A stretch of 9,798 nucleotides of DNA from an uncultured archaeon (GTDB lineage: Archaea > Iainarchaeota > Iainarchaeia > Iainarchaeales > CSSED10-239). Below the pieces are notes generated by a model that saw nothing but the letters and a program-made list of their open reading frames with translations, was not told the DNA's origin and ran no database searches. This document shows, piece by piece, positions 6,391 through 9,798 of this stretch (within the stretch, counting starts at the first letter, position 1; each line of letters starts with the position of its first letter). The DNA lies in contig CAYXAY010000022.1 in the NCBI GenBank assembly GCA_964463155.1, forward strand, positions 1 through 9,798. The letters are read 5' to 3'. A program made the position numbers and the translations under genes.

Positions 6391-8326
6391 AGTGAAGTCT
6401 TACATATCTTTGCATTCTTCTTTGGCTTACTCCAAGTTCTGCTAGTTCTTTGTAACCATATCCTGCTTTTATCAATTGCTCTGTGTTATAGCCAGCTTTA
6501 TGTAGTTCTTTTGCAGAAAAGCCAAGTGGCTTTAGTTCTTTAGCTGAATATCTAATCACTCTTAATTGTCTTGCATTTTGTCCTAATTTCCAAACATCTT
6601 TTGCAGAATAACCAGCAAAATATAGTTCTCTTGGTAAAAATCCAACAGCATACAGTTCCTTTGCAGAATAGCCAGCATCTCTTAAAGACGCTGGTGAAAA
6701 ACCAAGTGGCTTTAGGTCTTTAGCAGGATATGCTTTTCTTAAATCATATGCACTATAGCCAGCGTCTCTCATTTCTTTTGCTGTGTAGCCGGCTTTTGCA
6801 AGTTCTTCAACATCAATATCTAGGTCATTCAGTTCTTTTGCTGAATAGCCTGCATCTTTAATCATTTTTAATTCAAAACCCGCAAAATAAAGTTCTCTTG
6901 CAGTAAACCCAAGATTATGGAATTGTCTTGCTGAATAGCCGATACCAAGTAGTTCTTTTGCTGAATAGCCCGCGTCTCTTAATTCATAAAGGTTATAGCC
7001 TGCAAGATGAATCTCCACAGCAGAAAATCCGGCTTTTTTAAGTTCTTTAATTGTACAGCCTTTTGAGATAAATTCTGGTAGTTCACAACCAATAAGTCTT
7101 ATTTCATTTAATGGACAGCCGGCATCCATCAATTGTGAGCAAAAAAGTCCTGCTTTTGATAATTCTTTTGTAGTATAGCCTGCAATATAAAGTTCTGCGG
7201 GAGAATAACCAAAATCCAATAGTTCCTTTGCAGAATAATTAAGATATCTTAGTTCTTCTAGATGGAATTCTTCTTTTTTTTCCTTTTCTGTTAATAGTTC
7301 CCTTAAATCAAATATTTCTTTTAGTTTGTAGCCTGCTTCTTTTAGTTCTTTAATTGAGTATCCTGCTTGGTACATGTCTTTTGCAGAAATGCCAGCAATC
7401 CTAAATTGGTTTGCAGTAACTCCGACTGGTGCTAATTCTTTTATTCTGAATCCTTCTTTTAAAAGGTCTGCAATTGTTATGCCGTCGTCCAACAATTCCT
7501 GTATATTTATTTTTCTTCTGTCAATTAATTCTAAAAGAGTGTGTCCTGCAAGCAATAGTTCGCCTATGGTGTATACTTTTTTTAGGTCTTCTAAAGTATA
7601 TCCTGCATCAAGCAATTGCCTTGCCTTGTAGCCTGCAATCTTTAATTTCTTTACTGGAAAATTGTGTTTGTATAGTTCCTTTGCTGGATATTGGGCATAA
7701 GAAACAACATCTTCGTTAAATTTTGTGTTTAACAGTTCCTTAACAGAATAACCTGTATCTCTTAGTTCCTTAGCAGAATAGCCTGCTCTCTTAAGCTCAA
7801 TCAAAGAAAATTTTGCTTTTTTTAATTCCATTGCTGAAAAGCCTAGAGTAAATAAATATTTTGAACCAAATTTCATTTTCTTTAGTCTTGTAACAGTATA
7901 TTTTGCTTTTTTTAATTTAAAGTGATTGTAACCTAATTGTAATAATTTCTTTGCTGGCGTTTTCTTTTTTAGAAGTTCTGAAATAGTTAATTTCTTCTTT
8001 ATTATTTTCTTTTTTACTGGTTTTGATTTTATTGTTTTTTTCTTTGGTTTAATTAAAGAAAAGCCAAGTTCTTTTAGTTCTGGATTAGTAAAGCCCGCTG
8101 TTTTTAAATCCTTAATTGTGTATTTCATGCCTTCAAAGATTGTGTGGTTTGCCTTTACTTTTTTTAAGTCTTTAGCATATCTTTCTAAACTTATTTTTTT
8201 CTTTTTTAGATGAGAAATATCTATTGGAGAAATTATAAATCTCTTTGGAGAATTAAGCTGTTTATTTAATAATTCAACTACTTCTTTCTTTTTAAGTGTT
8301 TGAGTTATCTTTTTCATATATTTCAC
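6368..8326 (-). CDS. Large tandem-repeat protein: a Lys-rich N-terminal region followed by about 50 in-register decapeptide repeats (x-x-A-G-Y/F-S-A-K-E-L). No family recognised.
   Basis: 652-aa uninterrupted ORF in a region of 30-nt DNA periodicity. There is no signal peptide or TM segment. The listed start at 8326 is GTG, and the ATG at 8317 (MKKITQ...) is a likely alternative. Example run: RDAGYSAKEL LGIGYSARQF HNLGFTAREL YFAGFELKMI KDAGYSAKEL. Confidence 0.8.
   Translation of the reverse strand: MKYMKKITQTLKKKEVVELLNKQLNSPKRFIISPIDISHLKKKKISLERYAKDLKKVKANHTIFEGMKYTIKDLKTAGFTNPELKELGFSLIKPKKKTIKSKPVKKKIIKKKLTISELLKKKTPAKKLLQLGYNHFKLKKAKYTVTRLKKMKFGSKYLFTLGFSAMELKKAKFSLIELKRAGYSAKELRDTGYSVKELLNTKFNEDVVSYAQYPAKELYKHNFPVKKLKIAGYKARQLLDAGYTLEDLKKVYTIGELLLAGHTLLELIDRRKINIQELLDDGITIADLLKEGFRIKELAPVGVTANQFRIAGISAKDMYQAGYSIKELKEAGYKLKEIFDLRELLTEKEKKEEFHLEELRYLNYSAKELLDFGYSPAELYIAGYTTKELSKAGLFCSQLMDAGCPLNEIRLIGCELPEFISKGCTIKELKKAGFSAVEIHLAGYNLYELRDAGYSAKELLGIGYSARQFHNLGFTARELYFAGFELKMIKDAGYSAKELNDLDIDVEELAKAGYTAKEMRDAGYSAYDLRKAYPAKDLKPLGFSPASLRDAGYSAKELYAVGFLPRELYFAGYSAKDVWKLGQNARQLRVIRYSAKELKPLGFSAKELHKAGYNTEQLIKAGYGYKELAELGVSQRRMQRYVRLHSKGYNFF
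6413..7942 (-). repeat. 30-nt periodic coding repeat array (the decapeptide repeats), with some near-identical DNA units.
   Basis: For example, the 20-mer agttcttttgctgaatagcc occurs exactly at 6831..6850 and 6951..6970 (120 nt apart, or 4 units). Related versions occur at about 6654, 6927, 7221 and 7765. The boundaries are approximate. Confidence 0.8.
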
Positions 8327-8382
8327 ATTTTAATTATAATTAACTAAATACGGTTATTTGTTATATATATTATAAACGAAAA

Positions 8383-8394
8383 GCTTTATAAAGC
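8383..8394. promoter_or_regulatory. 12-bp palindrome gctttataaagc containing a TATA-box consensus (tttataaa), in the divergent promoter region.
   Basis: Read directly. It lies between the divergent starts at 8326 (minus) and 8473 (plus). Further TATA-like runs are at 8361..8376 and 8410..8433. Assignment to either gene is uncertain. Confidence 0.3.
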
Positions 8395-8472
8395 AAAGGT
8401 TTAAAAATAATATATTATATATATTATATATTAGCACAATTTCTTATAACAAAAATAAAGGGGGAAATATTA

Positions 8473-8835
8473 ATGGCTAAAAAAAATAATGAAAAATTAA
8501 AAAAATTTGGAGCAATTGCATTCATAGTTGGTGTAGTAATTGCTTTAATTGCGGGAATCTTATCTAGAATGATAGGAGAAGTAGTTACAACGTCAATATT
8601 AGTATTACTTGGACTTGCTGTTGGTTTCTTAAATGTCACAGACACAGAAGTAAAGGATTACTTACTTGCATCAGTTGCTCTTGTAATTGTAACTGCTCTT
8701 GGTAGTGCTGTACTTGGAGGAATAATGTATATAGGTCCTTACCTAGGAAGCGTATTACAAGCAATAACAACTTTTGTAATTCCAGCTACAATAATTGTTG
8801 CTTTAAAAGAAATCTATGGTTTAGCTAAAAACTAA
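8473..8835 (+). CDS. Small integral membrane protein (3-4 TM helices), function unknown.
   Basis: 120-aa ORF with ATG start. A G-rich SD-like AAGGGGGA ends 8 nt upstream (G-run 8460..8464). The sequence is hydrophobic and Gly/Ala/Val/Ile-rich throughout. Confidence 0.6.
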   Translation: MAKKNNEKLKKFGAIAFIVGVVIALIAGILSRMIGEVVTTSILVLLGLAVGFLNVTDTEVKDYLLASVALVIVTALGSAVLGGIMYIGPYLGSVLQAITTFVIPATIIVALKEIYGLAKN

Positions 8836-8838
8836 ATC

Positions 8839-8856
8839 TTTTCTTTTTCTTTTTTT
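8839..8856 (+). terminator. Oligo-T tracts (T4, T5, T7) immediately after the membrane protein gene.
   Basis: The sequence cttttctttttcttttttt begins 3 nt after the TAA at 8833..8835. This is a typical archaeal oligo-T termination signal in a convergent gene junction. Confidence 0.5.
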
Positions 8857-8857
8857 C

Positions 8858-9067
8858 TTATTTTATATAAATAGTTGATGCTTTTTTTAATCTGGTCATT
8901 ATGGCTTTGCCTAACTTGTCTTCGTCAATTCCTTGAGCAATAATTATATCTATTTTGTCTTTATCAAATTCTCTAAAATAAGAAAATAGTTTTTGTGCAT
9001 AGATTTTTGTATCAGAATCTAAATACCTAACATTATTTTCTTTTAAATCAAAACTATAAGAAAGCAT
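8858..9067 (-). CDS. sua5: C-terminal (Sua5-domain) fragment of the threonylcarbamoyl-AMP synthase gene, displaced into another frame.
   Basis: The 69-aa ORF ...YAQKLFSYFREFDKDKIDIIIAQGIDEDKLGKAIMTRLKKAS matches the conserved Sua5 C-terminal end (L..LR.fD....D.I.......GlG.AimnRL.KAa). This frame is open upstream to 9124, so it overlaps the end of the main ORF. Confidence 0.7.
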   Translation of the reverse strand: MLSYSFDLKENNVRYLDSDTKIYAQKLFSYFREFDKDKIDIIIAQGIDEDKLGKAIMTRLKKASTIYIK

Positions 9068-9759
9068 ACCTTTTTTTTCTTTGGATTTTTCTTCTTTATT
9101 AATTCTATTTCTCTCAAGAAATTTCTATTATAGTCAATTAAGATAACTTTTGCTTTTGGGGAATAATGTGTGTATTTCATTCCTGGGGCTTTTGGTTTAT
9201 CTCCATTTTTAGAATTTAAATTAGAAAATTCAACTTCTCCAATAACTTCTTCAATATCTTCTTTAGTAATGTATCCTGGTCGTAATATTGTTGAAGTATT
9301 AGAAGTAAAGTCAATAACTGTTGACTCAAGGTCAACTTTACAACATCCCACATCAATGATCATTGAAATCTTGTTATTAAGATCTTCAATGACATGTTTT
9401 GCTGTTGTTGGGCTTGGTTTTCCTGAAATATTTGCACTTGGTGCAACAATTGGAACTTTTGATTGTTTTATTAATTCTAAAGCAATTTTGTTGTTAGGCA
9501 TTCTTATTGCTACACTGTCCAGTCCTGCTGTAACAATGTCTGAAACAACTTTTTTCTTTTTAAGAACTATTGTTAAAGGTCCAGGCCAAAACTTTTTTGT
9601 TAATTTTTGCGCAGATTTTGGGAAATCTTTTGCAAGTTTTTTAATCTGAGAGATATCAGAAATGTGAGCAATTAATGGATTATCTTGTGGTCTACCTTTA
9701 ACTTTAAATATTTCTGAAACTGCCAAAGGATTAAAAGCATTTGCCCCAAGGCCATAAAC
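9043..9759 (-). CDS. sua5: L-threonylcarbamoyladenylate synthase (Sua5/YrdC/TsaC family), main body. The 5' end is truncated by a fold-back and the 3' end is frameshifted.
   Basis: Reads VYGLGANAFNPLAVSEIFKVKGRPQDNPLIAH...WPGPLTIVL...IRMP...VAPSANISGKPSPTTA...PGMKYTHYSP. The KGRP..NPLI and SAN.SG motifs are family hallmarks. The track start at 9726 is an internal TTG. The frame is open to 9771, but upstream of VYGLG it reads EKKQ instead of the expected PTET. Confidence 0.85.
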   Translation of the reverse strand, partial: VYGLGANAFNPLAVSEIFKVKGRPQDNPLIAHISDISQIKKLAKDFPKSAQKLTKKFWPGPLTIVLKKKKVVSDIVTAGLDSVAIRMPNNKIALELIKQSKVPIVAPSANISGKPSPTTAKHVIEDLNNKISMIIDVGCCKVDLESTVIDFTSNTSTILRPGYITKEDIEEVIGEVEFSNLNSKNGDKPKAPGMKYTHYSPKAKVILIDYNRNFLREIELIKKKNPKKKKVCFLIVLI

Positions 9760-9798
9760 TTGTTTCTTTTCCTACAGAAACGGTTTATGGCCTTGGGG
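9744..9798. repeat. Perfect 16-bp inverted repeat (ccccaaggccataaac at 9744..9759 and gtttatggccttgggg at 9783..9798) around a 23-nt spacer, reaching the last base of the window.
   Basis: Read directly. The plus strand at 9759..9798 encodes LVSFPTETVYGLG, the missing Sua5 N-terminal motif, but in the opposite orientation to the gene body. Confidence 0.9.

Noticed and set aside
7374-7719. Plus-strand ORFs 7374..7631 and 7474..7719.
   Set aside because: They are antisense to the repeat-protein gene. Their apparent length is a by-product of the repetitive, stop-poor complementary strand.
6413-7942. The 30-nt periodic repeat could be mistaken for a CRISPR array.
   Set aside because: There is no alternation of conserved repeats with unique spacers. 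The periodicity is continuous and degenerate at third-codon positions, and it lies inside one uninterrupted 652-codon ORF. It is a coding tandem repeat.
6368-8326. Pentapeptide-repeat (Rfr beta-helix) interpretation of the decapeptide repeats.
   Set aside because: Splitting each unit into two pentads gives A-G-Y-S-A and K-E-L-x-x. The inward-facing i-2 position of the second pentad is K/R/variable polar rather than small (A/S/C/T/V). The S-x-K-E-L-K-E-A segments look helical. The fit is not convincing without a profile search.
8424-8645. Minus-strand ORF 8424..8645.
   Set aside because: It is antisense to the 120-aa membrane protein gene, which has an ATG start, an upstream G-rich SD-like element and a downstream oligo-T terminator. 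It also runs into the promoter region.
9170-9649. Plus-strand ORF 9170..9649 (159 aa).
   Set aside because: It is antisense to the Sua5/YrdC-family frame, which carries unambiguous family motifs. It is a shadow ORF.

Overview
Visibly AT-rich, gene-dense window. It looks archaeal, probably from a small-genome uncultivated lineage. Supporting this: a class III (prepilin-type) signal peptide, TTTAWATA-type TATA boxes 20-40 nt upstream of starts, oligo-T tracts after genes, and a COG1373-type ATPase. No rRNA, tRNA or CRISPR array was found. Left to right: (1) an accessory islet, all on the minus strand, with a DDE transposase (frameshifted and cut by the window edge), an AAA+/wHTH/PD-(D/E)xK-like ATPase, and a RHH-PIN (VapBC-like) pair. 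(2) A cation:proton antiporter translationally coupled (ATGA overlap) to a type IV pilin-like protein. (3) A diadenylate-cyclase (DAC/DisA_N) domain gene missing from the ORF track because it is split by a -1 frame change, overlapping a small 4-TM protein gene. (4) A 652-aa protein made almost entirely of about 50 in-register 10-residue repeats (consensus roughly A-G-Y/F-S-A-K-E-L-x-x). I could not place these in a known repeat family, and this is the most unusual object here. (5) A small membrane protein. (6) A Sua5/TsaC (threonylcarbamoyl-AMP synthase) gene split at an A8 run, with its 5' end replaced by a fold-back inverted duplication at the right edge. Three genes are frameshifted, two of them at or beside homopolymer runs (the transposase shift is only localised to about 700-715). 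The window starts inside an IS and ends in a fold-back. Sequence or assembly error must therefore be excluded before any biological reading of the disruptions.
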